DNA of 64,000 bases from an uncultured Acidobacteriota bacterium (GTDB lineage Bacteria; Acidobacteriota; Thermoanaerobaculia; UBA5066; Gp7-AA6), in NCBI GenBank assembly GCA_963784935.1, contig CAWATD010000002.1, forward strand, positions 330,131 through 394,130, in the 5' to 3' direction. A program made the translations under genes and the position numbers. Each line of letters begins with the position of its first letter. Position 1 is the first letter of the stretch. This document shows, piece by piece, positions 54,787 to 64,000 of the stretch. A model generated the notes under the pieces. The model worked only from the letters and a program-made list of their open reading frames with translations. It made no database searches and was not told the DNA's origin.

Positions 54787-55512
54787 GTGACGAACAAGTA
54801 CCTGTCCTACGACGCGCAGCGCGCACCCCGGGTGCGGGAAATGTTCTCGCGCCTGGCGTGGCGTTACGACCTCGTCAACGACCTCATGAGCTTCGGGATG
54901 CACCGGCGATGGAAGCGTCACGCGGTGCGCCTGGCGCTCGCCGGCCGGCCCCGGGGCAGCGCGCGCGTGCTCGACCTCTGCTGCGGGAGCGGCGACCTGT
55001 GCTTCCTGGCCGAGGAGCTCGGGGCCGGATCCGTCACGGGTGCCGACTTCACGCTCCCGATGCTCGCCGTGGCACGGAGGCGGCGCATCGCCTCCGCAAG
55101 CAAGAGCCGATTCGTCCAGGCCGACGCGCTCCGGCTGCCCTTTGGGGACGGCGCCTTCGACGTCATCACGATCAGCTACGGCCTGCGCAACATCGCGGAC
55201 ATCCCCGCAGCGCTCCTGGAGATCCGGCGTGTTCTCGCCCCCGGGGCCCGGGTCGTGGTGCTCGATTTCGGCAAGCCCGACAACGCGGTCGCTGCAGCGC
55301 TCTACGGCGCCTACCTGCGCACGATGATGCCGGCCATCGGCTGGATTTTCCACGGCGACGCCGACACCTATCTCTACATTCCGGAGTCGCTCGCCCGGTA
55401 CCCCGGGCAGCGCGGCGTGGAGAAGCTGATGCGCGAAGCGGGTTTTGCGAGCCCCCGCTACGAGGAGCGCCTCCTCGGCACGATGGGAATCAACGTCGGG
55501 GTCAGACCTTGA
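54787..55512 (+). CDS. ubiE: Demethylmenaquinone/ubiquinone C-methyltransferase
   Basis: VREMFSRLAWRYDLVNDLMSFGMHRRWKR...VLDLCCGSGDL...ISYGLRN. GTG start. Confidence 0.9.
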   Translation: MTNKYLSYDAQRAPRVREMFSRLAWRYDLVNDLMSFGMHRRWKRHAVRLALAGRPRGSARVLDLCCGSGDLCFLAEELGAGSVTGADFTLPMLAVARRRRIASASKSRFVQADALRLPFGDGAFDVITISYGLRNIADIPAALLEIRRVLAPGARVVVLDFGKPDNAVAAALYGAYLRTMMPAIGWIFHGDADTYLYIPESLARYPGQRGVEKLMREAGFASPRYEERLLGTMGINVGVRP

Positions 55513-55563
55513 ATCGGTACCCAGCGGCCTCGGCGGGAGAGTACAGGATCAAGGTCTGACCCC
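55498..55563 (+). promoter_or_regulatory. 15-bp perfect inverted repeat (GGGGTCAGACCTTGA ... TCAAGGTCTGACCCC) with a 36-nt spacer
   Basis: The left arm contains the last codons and stop of ubiE. The right arm ends 26 nt before the ettA ATG. Confidence 0.5.
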
Positions 55564-55588
55564 AACTCGTATAGACTCCCCCGTTCTT

Positions 55589-57271
<1,683 letters not shown>

Positions 57272-57272
57272 C

Positions 57273-57293
57273 GGGCGGCCCTTGGGCCGCCCT
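57273..57293. terminator. GC hairpin between convergent genes (candidate bidirectional terminator, no U tract)
   Basis: GGGCGGCC-CTTG-GGCCGCCC immediately after the ettA stop. Confidence 0.4.
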
Positions 57294-57310
57294 CATGGGT
57301 GGTTACCCGC

Positions 57311-57724
57311 CTATTTCCTTCCGACGAGCGCCACGCCCACGCCAATGACGGCGAGGATGCCGAGCGCGTGCACGAGGCGAAAGCGGCGGCGGCGCGGGCG
57401 AACGCGGCCCATCCAATCGTCGGCGAGCGACGAGCCGCGCTCCGTGAGCGATTCGAGCAGCGCGGCCCCCTGCTTGCGGATCTCGCCGTAGAGGTCGGAG
57501 CTCTTGTCCGCGAGCTGGTCCTTCAGATCGTCGAGCTCGGGGCGGCTCTTCTCGAATCCCTTCGCGAGACTCTCTTTCGCCTCCGCGTAGAAACGGTCGG
57601 TGTCGAACTTTCCGCCGCGGCGAAGGCTCTCGATCGCGAGCGGCAGGGCCACCTTCGTGACCAGCGGAACGACGATCGGGCCGAGCGCCTGGGCGGTCGA
57701 GCGGGACAGACTTTTGCGGGCCAT
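57311..57724 (-). CDS. Hypothetical helical protein with C-terminal TM anchor
   Basis: Strong RBS GGAGGA. The C-terminus is RFRLVHALGILAVIGVGVALVGRK. Confidence 0.6.
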   Translation of the reverse strand: MARKSLSRSTAQALGPIVVPLVTKVALPLAIESLRRGGKFDTDRFYAEAKESLAKGFEKSRPELDDLKDQLADKSSDLYGEIRKQGAALLESLTERGSSLADDWMGRVRPRRRRFRLVHALGILAVIGVGVALVGRK

Positions 57725-57784
57725 GGTTCCTCCGGAAGTGCAGTCTACAGCCTGGCCCCGGCCGCGGGTTAAGATCGACGGTCC

Positions 57785-58204
57785 ATGGCCGCCCCGGAGC
57801 CCAACCCCACTCCCGTCCTTCCCTGGCGCGGAACGACCGCGCGCCGCGGGGGTGGCTGGCCCGAGGGCTACTGGCGCGCCGTCGTCTGGCGCGGATTGCA
57901 GCTGCGCTGTCCCGTGTGCGGAAGAGGCCGGCTCTTCCGGACCTACTTCCGCATGCACGAGGCCTGTTCCTGCTGCGGCGTCCGGTTCGCGCGCGAGCAC
58001 GGGCAGTGGGTCGGCTCGCTCGACATCAACACGTTCGTCGTGGCGTTCGGCCTCATGATCGCGTCGGCTTTCGCGCCCGACTGGCCGCTTCCGATCACCC
58101 TCGTCGTCTGGGGCGCGGCCGCAATCGTCGTCCCGCTCCTGACGTTCCGATTCAGCCGCGGACTGTGGACCGCGATCGTCCACCTGACCGGGGGCGTCTA
58201 CTGA
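57785..58204 (+). CDS. DUF983 membrane protein
   Basis: LRCPVCGRGRLFRTYFRMHEACSCCGVRF is followed by two TM helices. Confidence 0.75.
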   Translation: MAAPEPNPTPVLPWRGTTARRGGGWPEGYWRAVVWRGLQLRCPVCGRGRLFRTYFRMHEACSCCGVRFAREHGQWVGSLDINTFVVAFGLMIASAFAPDWPLPITLVVWGAAAIVVPLLTFRFSRGLWTAIVHLTGGVY

Positions 58205-58259
58205 TGGGCGCGGGAATGGCACTGGGCCCGCGCCTGTTACCCCCGGGTCGGAAAATTTC

Positions 58260-58445
58260 ATGAAGAAAAGGAAGCCCCGGCGGATGAGCCAGAAAGAAAA
58301 CCCTACGGAGCGTCGCAGTAGCTCCGAGCGCAGAAATACGAACGAGCGGCGCGCCGACGACCGGCGGGCCCACGCCCGATTTTCTCCCGCGAAGAACGCC
58401 AGTGGCGATCGCCGCCGGGGCGACCGTCGCGGCGACCCTTCCTAA
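58260..58445 (+). CDS. Possible small Arg-rich protein (ERR/DRR repeats)
   Basis: MKKRKPRRMSQKENPTERRSSSERRNTNERRADDRRAH...GDRRRGDRRGDPS. Codon use is atypical and A-rich for this window. Confidence 0.25.
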   Translation: MKKRKPRRMSQKENPTERRSSSERRNTNERRADDRRAHARFSPAKNASGDRRRGDRRGDPS

Positions 58446-58462
58446 GAGCCCGGCCTTCTCTC

Positions 58463-58882
58463 CTACGCCGGCAACGCGTCGTAGGCCGCCGTCAGGCGCG
58501 CGGCGATCTCCGGAGCGGAGCGGCCCTCGATTTCGTGCCTCTGGAGCATGAAGACGAGCTTGCCGCCCGAGAGGATCGCGACCTGCGGCGACGAGGGCGC
58601 GTGGCCCGTGAAGTAGCTGCGCGCCCGCGCCGTGGCTTCGATGTCCTGGCCGGCGAACACCGTCGTCCGCGTGGGCGGCGCCTTCGGATGGGAGAGCGAC
58701 ATCAGGATCCCGGGCCGCGCGATTCCGGCCGCGCAGCCGCAGATCGAGTTCACCACGACGAGCATCGGGCCCTCGGCCCGGGCGACTTGCGCGTCCACCT
58801 CCTCGGGCGTGCGCAGCTCCCGGAATCCGGCGCGCGTCAGTTCCTCGCGCATCGGCGCGGTCATTCTCGGGTCGTACGGCAT
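58463..58882 (-). CDS. Bacilliredoxin (BrxA/B, YphP/YqiW, DUF1094 family)
   Basis: LVVVNSICGCAAGIARPG (CGC redox motif) and TVFAGQD. RBS GGAAGGAGG. Confidence 0.8.
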   Translation of the reverse strand: MPYDPRMTAPMREELTRAGFRELRTPEEVDAQVARAEGPMLVVVNSICGCAAGIARPGILMSLSHPKAPPTRTTVFAGQDIEATARARSYFTGHAPSSPQVAILSGGKLVFMLQRHEIEGRSAPEIAARLTAAYDALPA

Positions 58883-58989
58883 GGGGGCCTCCTTCCAGGC
58901 GTTATAGCAGCTATGCCCTGCATCACCCTCGGCCGTCCCTCCGCCCCGGCGAAAACCGGTATCCTACGCGCCGCCACGGAGGGCCCTCG

Positions 58990-60198
58990 ATGCCGCTGAC
59001 ACGACGCCGCTGGATGACCGCGACGGGAGCCGCCGCAGCCACTGCCGCCCTGCCGGTCGCGCGAGGCGCAGCGGCAACGGAACCCGCAATTGTGCTGCCC
59101 GCGGGCCTGAAGCCCGACGCGTTCCGCGACCGCCAGGGGCGCCTGCGCGCGGCGGCGAAGGCCGCTGGCGCCGACGTCCTTTTCGTGACGCCGTCGACCA
59201 ACCTGGCCTATGCGGCGAACCTCGCAATGGGCCGCAGCGAACGGCTGACGGCGCTGCTGCTCTTCACCGAAGGCCCGGCCGTCCTGGTGACCCCGTTCTT
59301 CGAAGCGGAGAACCACCGCCGCGACGCCATCGTGGACGAGGTCGTCACGTGGAACGAGGATGAGGACCCGATCGCGCTGACCGCGAAGCTGTTCTCGAAG
59401 GTGAAGATCGCCGGCATCGAGGGCACCACCGCCTACGACACGGTCACGCGCCTGCTCGCGATCGCCCCCGTGCAGGCCCTCGACGCGACCGCGACGTTCG
59501 ATGCGCAGCGCATGGTCAAGAGCCCGGAGGAGCAGGCCTTCCTCCGCGACGCCGCGCGCCGCACCAACCTGGCCATCGCGTCCACGCACCGCAAGCTCGC
59601 GGCGGGAAAGACCGAGAGCGAAGTGTCGGCGATCCTGGAGCAGGAGTTCCAGGCGCAGGGGGTGCACGGCGGCGGCCTCGTGCAGTTCGGTCCGTCGGCG
59701 GCGCTTCCGCACGGCGGGCCCGGGGACCGGCGGCTTGCCCCGGGCGACATCGTCCTGATCGACGCGGGCTGCAAGGTGCGGGGCTACAACTCCGACGTGA
59801 CCCGTACGGTCTCGTTCGGCAAGCCCTCGGACGAGGTTCGGAAGGTCTACGGGGCCGTCGATCGCGCACAGCTGGCCGGAATCGAGGCGCTCCAGGCTGG
59901 GGCGGCGCCCGAAGACGTCGATCGCGCGGCCCGCCGCGTGATCGAAGATGCGGGCTACGGCGAGTTCTTCACGCATCGCCTCGGCCATGGGCTTGGAATG
60001 GACGGCCACGAGCCTCCCTATCTCGTGCGCGGCAACGCCGCGCCGCTGGCGGCCGGCAACACCGTGACCATCGAGCCCGGCATCTACCTGCCGGGGAAGT
60101 TCGGCGTCCGCATCGAGGACGACTACGCCGTGCGCGTTGCGGCGCCGCCCGCTGGCCTCTCGTCCAGGCCCGGCGAGCTCGTGATCCTGAAATCGTAA
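58990..60198 (+). CDS. M24-family Xaa-Pro peptidase with twin-arginine signal
   Basis: MPLTRRRWMTATGAAAATAALPVARGAAA. Pita-bread metal ligands occur in DIVLIDAGCKVRGYNSDVTR...HRLGHGLGMDGHE...EPGIY. Confidence 0.85.
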   Translation: MPLTRRRWMTATGAAAATAALPVARGAAATEPAIVLPAGLKPDAFRDRQGRLRAAAKAAGADVLFVTPSTNLAYAANLAMGRSERLTALLLFTEGPAVLVTPFFEAENHRRDAIVDEVVTWNEDEDPIALTAKLFSKVKIAGIEGTTAYDTVTRLLAIAPVQALDATATFDAQRMVKSPEEQAFLRDAARRTNLAIASTHRKLAAGKTESEVSAILEQEFQAQGVHGGGLVQFGPSAALPHGGPGDRRLAPGDIVLIDAGCKVRGYNSDVTRTVSFGKPSDEVRKVYGAVDRAQLAGIEALQAGAAPEDVDRAARRVIEDAGYGEFFTHRLGHGLGMDGHEPPYLVRGNAAPLAAGNTVTIEPGIYLPGKFGVRIEDDYAVRVAAPPAGLSSRPGELVILKS

Positions 60199-60209
60199 CC
60201 GGAGGACCC

Positions 60210-61448
60210 ATGCTTCACCTCGCCGTCACCACGCTGCTCGCCCTCCAGGTGGCCTCGGCGTCGCCCAACGCGGTGGCCCCCCCGGGGACCATGCCGCAGG
60301 CGGAGACCTCCTCGGCCGCGACGTCCGTCGCCCCCCCCGATGCGCCCCCGGACACCCCGCCCGCCCCACGCGCCTCGGCCACTCCGAGGCCGCGCACATC
60401 TCCGACGCCGGTCCCGAAGGCGAGCGCGGACTTGCTCGTCGTCGTGAACAAGTCGGACGGCACGGTCTCGATCCTCGACGCCGCGACCGGCAAGCTGCGG
60501 ACGACGATGGCCGTCGAAGCCGGGGCACACGAGGTGGAGCTGCTTTCCGACGGCAAGACGGCGGCAGTCGCGAGCTACGGCAGCAAGACCGAGCCCGGAC
60601 ACATGGTGACGCTCGTCGATCTGGCCAGCGCCAGGATCACCTCCCGCATCGACATCGGCGCCAACTCGCGGCCGCACGGGTTGAAGGCCCTCCCGGACGG
60701 CCGCCTGCTCGTTACGGCAGAAGGCACGCGCGAGCTCGTCGTCGTCGACCCGCAGGCGGCGAAGGTCGCCGCCCGCATTCTGACCGGGCGCGAGGTGTCG
60801 CACATGGTCGCGGCCTCGCCGGACGGCAAGCGCGCCTACGTCACCTCGCTCGCGGGAGGATCGGTGACCGTGATCGACCTCGCCACGGGCAGGATCGTCA
60901 AGGACATCCCGACCGGCAAGGGCGCCGAGGGCCTCGACGCGACGCCGGACGGCCGGGAAATCTGGGTCGCCAACCGCGATGCGAACACGATCACGGTCAT
61001 CGACGTCAAGACGCTCGCGCCCGTGTTCACGATCAGCGCCTCCGAATTTCCGATCCGCATCAAGATCACGCCGGACGGGCGCCGCGCGGTCGCGACGTTC
61101 ACCGGGTCGGGCGACGTCGGGGTCTACGACACGGCCACGCGAGTCCAGGCCGCGCGGATTCCGATCGGCCGCGAGGCGGTCGCGGGGACGGAGACGCGCG
61201 GGTTCCAGAAACGCTTCGGCGCGAGCCCTGCGCCCGTCGGCCTGCTCCTCGCGCCCGACGGCGGACGGGCCTTCGTGTCGGCCACGCACGCGGACGTCGT
61301 GACGGTGATCGACCTTCAGAAGCTGCGCGTGGACGACTCCTGGACGGCCGGCCGCGAGCCCGACGGCCTCGCGGGAAGGTTCGGCGCAAAAGCGACCGAC
61401 CCGGCGCCCCCCCCCGGGCGCCGGGTCACCGCGCGACGGCCGAATTGA
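60210..61448 (+). CDS. Secreted YVTN-type beta-propeller repeat protein
   Basis: RBS GGAGGA, a signal peptide and a Pro/Ala-rich linker. Repeats of the type VVNKSDGTVSILD / YVTSLAGGSVTVIDL / WVANRDANTITVIDV follow. Confidence 0.75.
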   Translation: MLHLAVTTLLALQVASASPNAVAPPGTMPQAETSSAATSVAPPDAPPDTPPAPRASATPRPRTSPTPVPKASADLLVVVNKSDGTVSILDAATGKLRTTMAVEAGAHEVELLSDGKTAAVASYGSKTEPGHMVTLVDLASARITSRIDIGANSRPHGLKALPDGRLLVTAEGTRELVVVDPQAAKVAARILTGREVSHMVAASPDGKRAYVTSLAGGSVTVIDLATGRIVKDIPTGKGAEGLDATPDGREIWVANRDANTITVIDVKTLAPVFTISASEFPIRIKITPDGRRAVATFTGSGDVGVYDTATRVQAARIPIGREAVAGTETRGFQKRFGASPAPVGLLLAPDGGRAFVSATHADVVTVIDLQKLRVDDSWTAGREPDGLAGRFGAKATDPAPPPGRRVTARRPN

Positions 61449-62619
61449 CCGCCGTCACGGAGATTTCGACCGTCTCGACCCTGCCCTTGCGCTGAAACTG
61501 GAGCCAGCCCTTGTAGGGGCCGGGCTTCGGCAGCCGCACGAGGAACGGGATCCGGCCGTCCTTTCCCACGCCGCGCTCGCGCTCGTCCGGGTGCGCGTGC
61601 GCGAAGGTCTCCCCGTCCTGGTGGATGAGCAGCAGGTGCCCGAGCGCCCCGAGCCACGGCTCGAGATCACTGACCGGGCGGCCCTTCTCGTCCGTCAGAG
61701 TGGCCGTCACGATCACGGTGCGGCCCGCGGGGACGCCGCCCTCGGGCGTAGCCAGAGAGGCGCGGGTACTCGCGACGCGTGCCGCTGTCGAAACCGAGTG
61801 CCCACTTCCTTCGCCGACGACGATCGGCAGCGACAGGATCTGCGAGCCGGAGTCCTTCGGCGCCACGTCGGCGAAAATCCTGTAGGGCCCTGCCCGCGGA
61901 AACCTGTACGTCAGGCGGAAGAGCCCCGGGCCCTCCAGCTTCGGATGCTCGTGGGCGAACTCCGAGAGGTCCTGGCTCACGATGAAGAGGTGCATCAGCT
62001 TTTCGTGTTGCACGTCGAAATCGGTCACCTCGCGCAGGTCGAAGCTGCTCGCGAGGCGCACCCGGAGCTCGAGATCGACCGGCTCGCCCGTGATCGGACG
62101 GCGAGGCGACGCGACGAGGTCCAGGACGAATGGTTTGACTTTCGCCGACTCGCGCGTGGGGCTCGACGTGGCGTCGCTGACGGTCAGCGGAAATTCGACA
62201 TCGAACGCTCCCGTCGGCTGCGAGTCCCCGATCGGCTGGATCTCCGGCGGCAGAATCGTGAGGCACAACCGGTAGTCGCCGCCGTGCGGAAGGACCGGAT
62301 GGACTCCGTAGACGCCCGGGATCCCCTCGCGGTGCGCGATCTCGTCGAAGCGGGGCATCGCAGGCATGCTCGGCATGTCCACGACCGCGCGAATGCGCGC
62401 CCACATGAGCGGAGCCGGGCCCTTTGACGGATCGGCTCCTGCGCCGTCCAGCCGCTCGACCCGGAACTCGATCTCCATCTCTTCCCCGGCGTAGAGGCCG
62501 GAGGACGGCAGCCGCAGCGTCACCTGGTACGGGCCTGCTCGCGCGCTGTCGGTGGCCGCGGCCGGGCCGGCAAGAGCGGCGGCCGCGAGAAGGAATGAGA
62601 AGCTCGCCGCGCTTTTCAT
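61426..62619 (-). CDS. Secreted three-module protein with a Met-rich motif and two (M/G)HL...FAH(E/A)HP motifs (metal-binding-like)
   Basis: Signal peptide MKSAASFSFLLAAAALAGPAAA. Contains MPSMPAMP, HEKLMHLFIVSQDLSEFAHEHP and LGALGHLLLIHQDGETFAHAHP. Confidence 0.7.
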   Translation of the reverse strand: MKSAASFSFLLAAAALAGPAAATDSARAGPYQVTLRLPSSGLYAGEEMEIEFRVERLDGAGADPSKGPAPLMWARIRAVVDMPSMPAMPRFDEIAHREGIPGVYGVHPVLPHGGDYRLCLTILPPEIQPIGDSQPTGAFDVEFPLTVSDATSSPTRESAKVKPFVLDLVASPRRPITGEPVDLELRVRLASSFDLREVTDFDVQHEKLMHLFIVSQDLSEFAHEHPKLEGPGLFRLTYRFPRAGPYRIFADVAPKDSGSQILSLPIVVGEGSGHSVSTAARVASTRASLATPEGGVPAGRTVIVTATLTDEKGRPVSDLEPWLGALGHLLLIHQDGETFAHAHPDERERGVGKDGRIPFLVRLPKPGPYKGWLQFQRKGRVETVEISVTAVNSAVAR

Positions 62620-62731
62620 GGAAGGCCAAGTTTAGCCCGGGGGCAGGCGGCGGTAGAGTGGCCCCATCACCAACGCCCTTCCGGACCGGCTCGACTCGGT
62701 CGACGTTCTGCGCGGCGCCACGATCGCCGGC

Positions 62732-63763
62732 ATGATCCTCGTGAACAACCCGGGTACCTGGTCCGCCGTGTATCCGCAGCTCGCCCACGCGGAATGGAAC
62801 GGCTGGACCTACACCGACACGATCTTCCCGTTCTTCCTCTTCGTCGCCGGAGTCGCCATGGCGCTCTCCTTCGGCAAGCGCCGCGCGGCCGGGTCGGCGG
62901 CGGCGACACTCGGGCGGCACCTCGCCGTACGCGCAGCGGTGATCGTCGCCCTCGGCCTCGGGCTCGGTGTGGCGAGCTTCTTCGCCTTTCACAAGGAGCA
63001 CATGCGCCTTCCCGGGGTCCTCCAGCGCATCGGCGTTTGCGTTCTGGTCGCCGGCGCGATCTTTCTTTCCGGGGGAGCGCGCGCGGCTGCGGCAGCGGCG
63101 GCGGCGCTGCTCGCCGGTTACTGGGCGCTCATGGGCCCGGGTCCGTTCGATCCCGAGGGCAATCTCGCCGCCCGGATCGATCACGCCATCTTCGGCGCGC
63201 ACACCTGGAAGCCCGGATGGGACCCGGAAGGGCTGCTGTCCACGCTGCCGGCGATCGCCACGACGCTCCTCGGCGTGGTGGCTGGCGAGCGGTTGCGCGG
63301 GGACGCCCCGGCCCCGCGAAGGATCCGCGACCTCCTCGCCGCGGGCGCCATTGCGGCCGGCGCGGGCCTTCTCTGGGGCGGGGTCTTCCCGATCAACAAG
63401 AGCCTCTGGACCTCGTCCTATGCGCTCCTGATGTCGGGCCTCGCGTGCATGAGCCTGGCAGCCTGCGTGTGGGCCGTGGACCTCCGGGGATGGAAGCGCC
63501 TGGCCGCGCCGCTCGTCTGGCTCGGCCGCAACGCAATCGCGGCGTTCACGCTCTCGACGCTCGGCGCCATCGCGCTGATCGCGATCAAGGTCGCCGGGCC
63601 GGATGGAAAGCCGCGGTCGCTCTGGACGGCAATCTACCGAACCATTTTCGACCGCTTCGCCGACCCTCGCCTCGGGTCCCTTCTCTTCGCGCTCGCATAC
63701 CTCGGCGTATGGGTCGCGCTGTGCGGCCTGCTCCACCGCAAACGCATCTTCATCAAGGTGTGA
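62732..63763 (+). CDS. HGSNAT-like (DUF1624/DUF5009) membrane acyltransferase; true start probably upstream (ATC 62666?)
   Basis: MILVNNPGTWSAVYPQLAHAEWNGWTYTDTIFPFFLFVAGVA. The in-frame upstream RLDSVDVLRGATIAG also looks family-typical but has no canonical start. Confidence 0.8.
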   Translation: MILVNNPGTWSAVYPQLAHAEWNGWTYTDTIFPFFLFVAGVAMALSFGKRRAAGSAAATLGRHLAVRAAVIVALGLGLGVASFFAFHKEHMRLPGVLQRIGVCVLVAGAIFLSGGARAAAAAAAALLAGYWALMGPGPFDPEGNLAARIDHAIFGAHTWKPGWDPEGLLSTLPAIATTLLGVVAGERLRGDAPAPRRIRDLLAAGAIAAGAGLLWGGVFPINKSLWTSSYALLMSGLACMSLAACVWAVDLRGWKRLAAPLVWLGRNAIAAFTLSTLGAIALIAIKVAGPDGKPRSLWTAIYRTIFDRFADPRLGSLLFALAYLGVWVALCGLLHRKRIFIKV

Positions 63764-63795
63764 CGGGCGAAGCGCGCGGCGCCCTCGCCCGTCAC
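63760..63795 (+). terminator. 11-bp perfect hairpin (GTGACGGGCGA ... TCGCCCGTCAC) containing the stop codon; no U tract
   Basis: Read directly. The loop is 14 nt. Confidence 0.4.
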
Positions 63796-63908
63796 ATCCC
63801 GGGGAGCCCCGCGACGAGGGATCCCGTCCTCGGTCCGACACGGCCCGCAGATCTCGGCGCGAGGCAAGACGCTTGCAGGCCGGCCCGGCCCGGATAGAAT
63901 GCCCGGCC

Positions 63909-64000
63909 ATGAAGAAGTCCGGAGAAAAGCAGGCCGACCGCGTCATCCGCCGCTGCCGGGTCGAGCCGGGCAAGAAGTTCCGCCTGAGCCACCGCGACCC
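63909..64000 (+). CDS. 5' end of a gene, possibly PPK2-family polyphosphate kinase (truncated by the window)
   Basis: MKKSGEKQADRVIRRCRVEPGKKFRLSHRD resembles PPK2 N-termini. Only 30 codons are visible. Confidence 0.35.
   Translation, partial: MKKSGEKQADRVIRRCRVEPGKKFRLSHRD

Noticed and set aside
58905-58918. Near-palindrome TTATAGCAGCTATG between the bacilliredoxin and M24 genes, as a possible operator.
   Set aside because: It is only about 11 bp and imperfect, with no second copy, so it cannot be distinguished from chance.

Overview
GC-rich bacterial chromosomal window with about 60 protein genes, no rRNA or tRNA genes and no CRISPR array. Phylum cannot be fixed from this window. TolC/RND and LpxL-type genes indicate a diderm, and the FtsI PASTA tail and a bacilliredoxin are unusual for one. 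Gene calls rest on reading the supplied translations for family motifs, then trimming starts by start/stop overlaps and Shine-Dalgarno motifs. No database search was possible.

Layout:
- 1-2400: an arsR-SRPBCC pair bracketed by copies of an unclassified ~115-nt hairpin-rich repeat, followed by a gene-poor, decayed zone.
- 2.4-6.7 kb: a TlpA-like oxidoreductase, two exported Ala-rich repeat proteins, pyruvate kinase and a YbaN-like protein.
- 6950-22975, minus strand: a complete dcw cluster, mraZ-rsmH-ftsL-ftsI-murE-murF-mraY-murD-ftsW-murG-murC-ftsQ-ftsA-ftsZ. It has a sigma70-like promoter and four phased MraZ-type boxes, and no murB or ddl.
- 23-29.7 kb: an HhH-GPD glycosylase, a SurA-like PPIase, mfd and a cysteine desulfurase.
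- 29.8-37.8 kb, minus strand: the most interesting locus. An ECF sigma factor fused to a zinc-anti-sigma (HxxxCxxC) Cys-rich tail heads an apparent operon of thioredoxin, a small Cys-rich protein, a 29-codon TM ORF, DUF302, TolC-like OMP, adaptor, RND pump and DUF2892. The TM ORF ends in UGA followed by a SECIS-like hairpin.
- 37.9-43 kb: a double-length ThyX-like gene, a DAACS transporter and small hypothetical genes.
- 43.1-47.5 kb: a local hotspot of reading-frame disruptions affecting an amidohydrolase, an SRPBCC-like gene and a B12-binding radical SAM gene.
- 47.5-51.3 kb: an LpxL-type acyltransferase and a tightly coupled M64 peptidase plus radical SAM/SPASM pair.
- 51.3-64 kb: cysK, an acyl-CoA dehydrogenase, ubiE, ettA, a bacilliredoxin, a Tat-signal M24 peptidase, a beta-propeller protein, a His/Met-motif secreted protein and an HGSNAT-like acyltransferase.

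Two genes (rsmH and the HGSNAT-like gene) have conserved N-termini lying upstream of any ATG/GTG/TTG.
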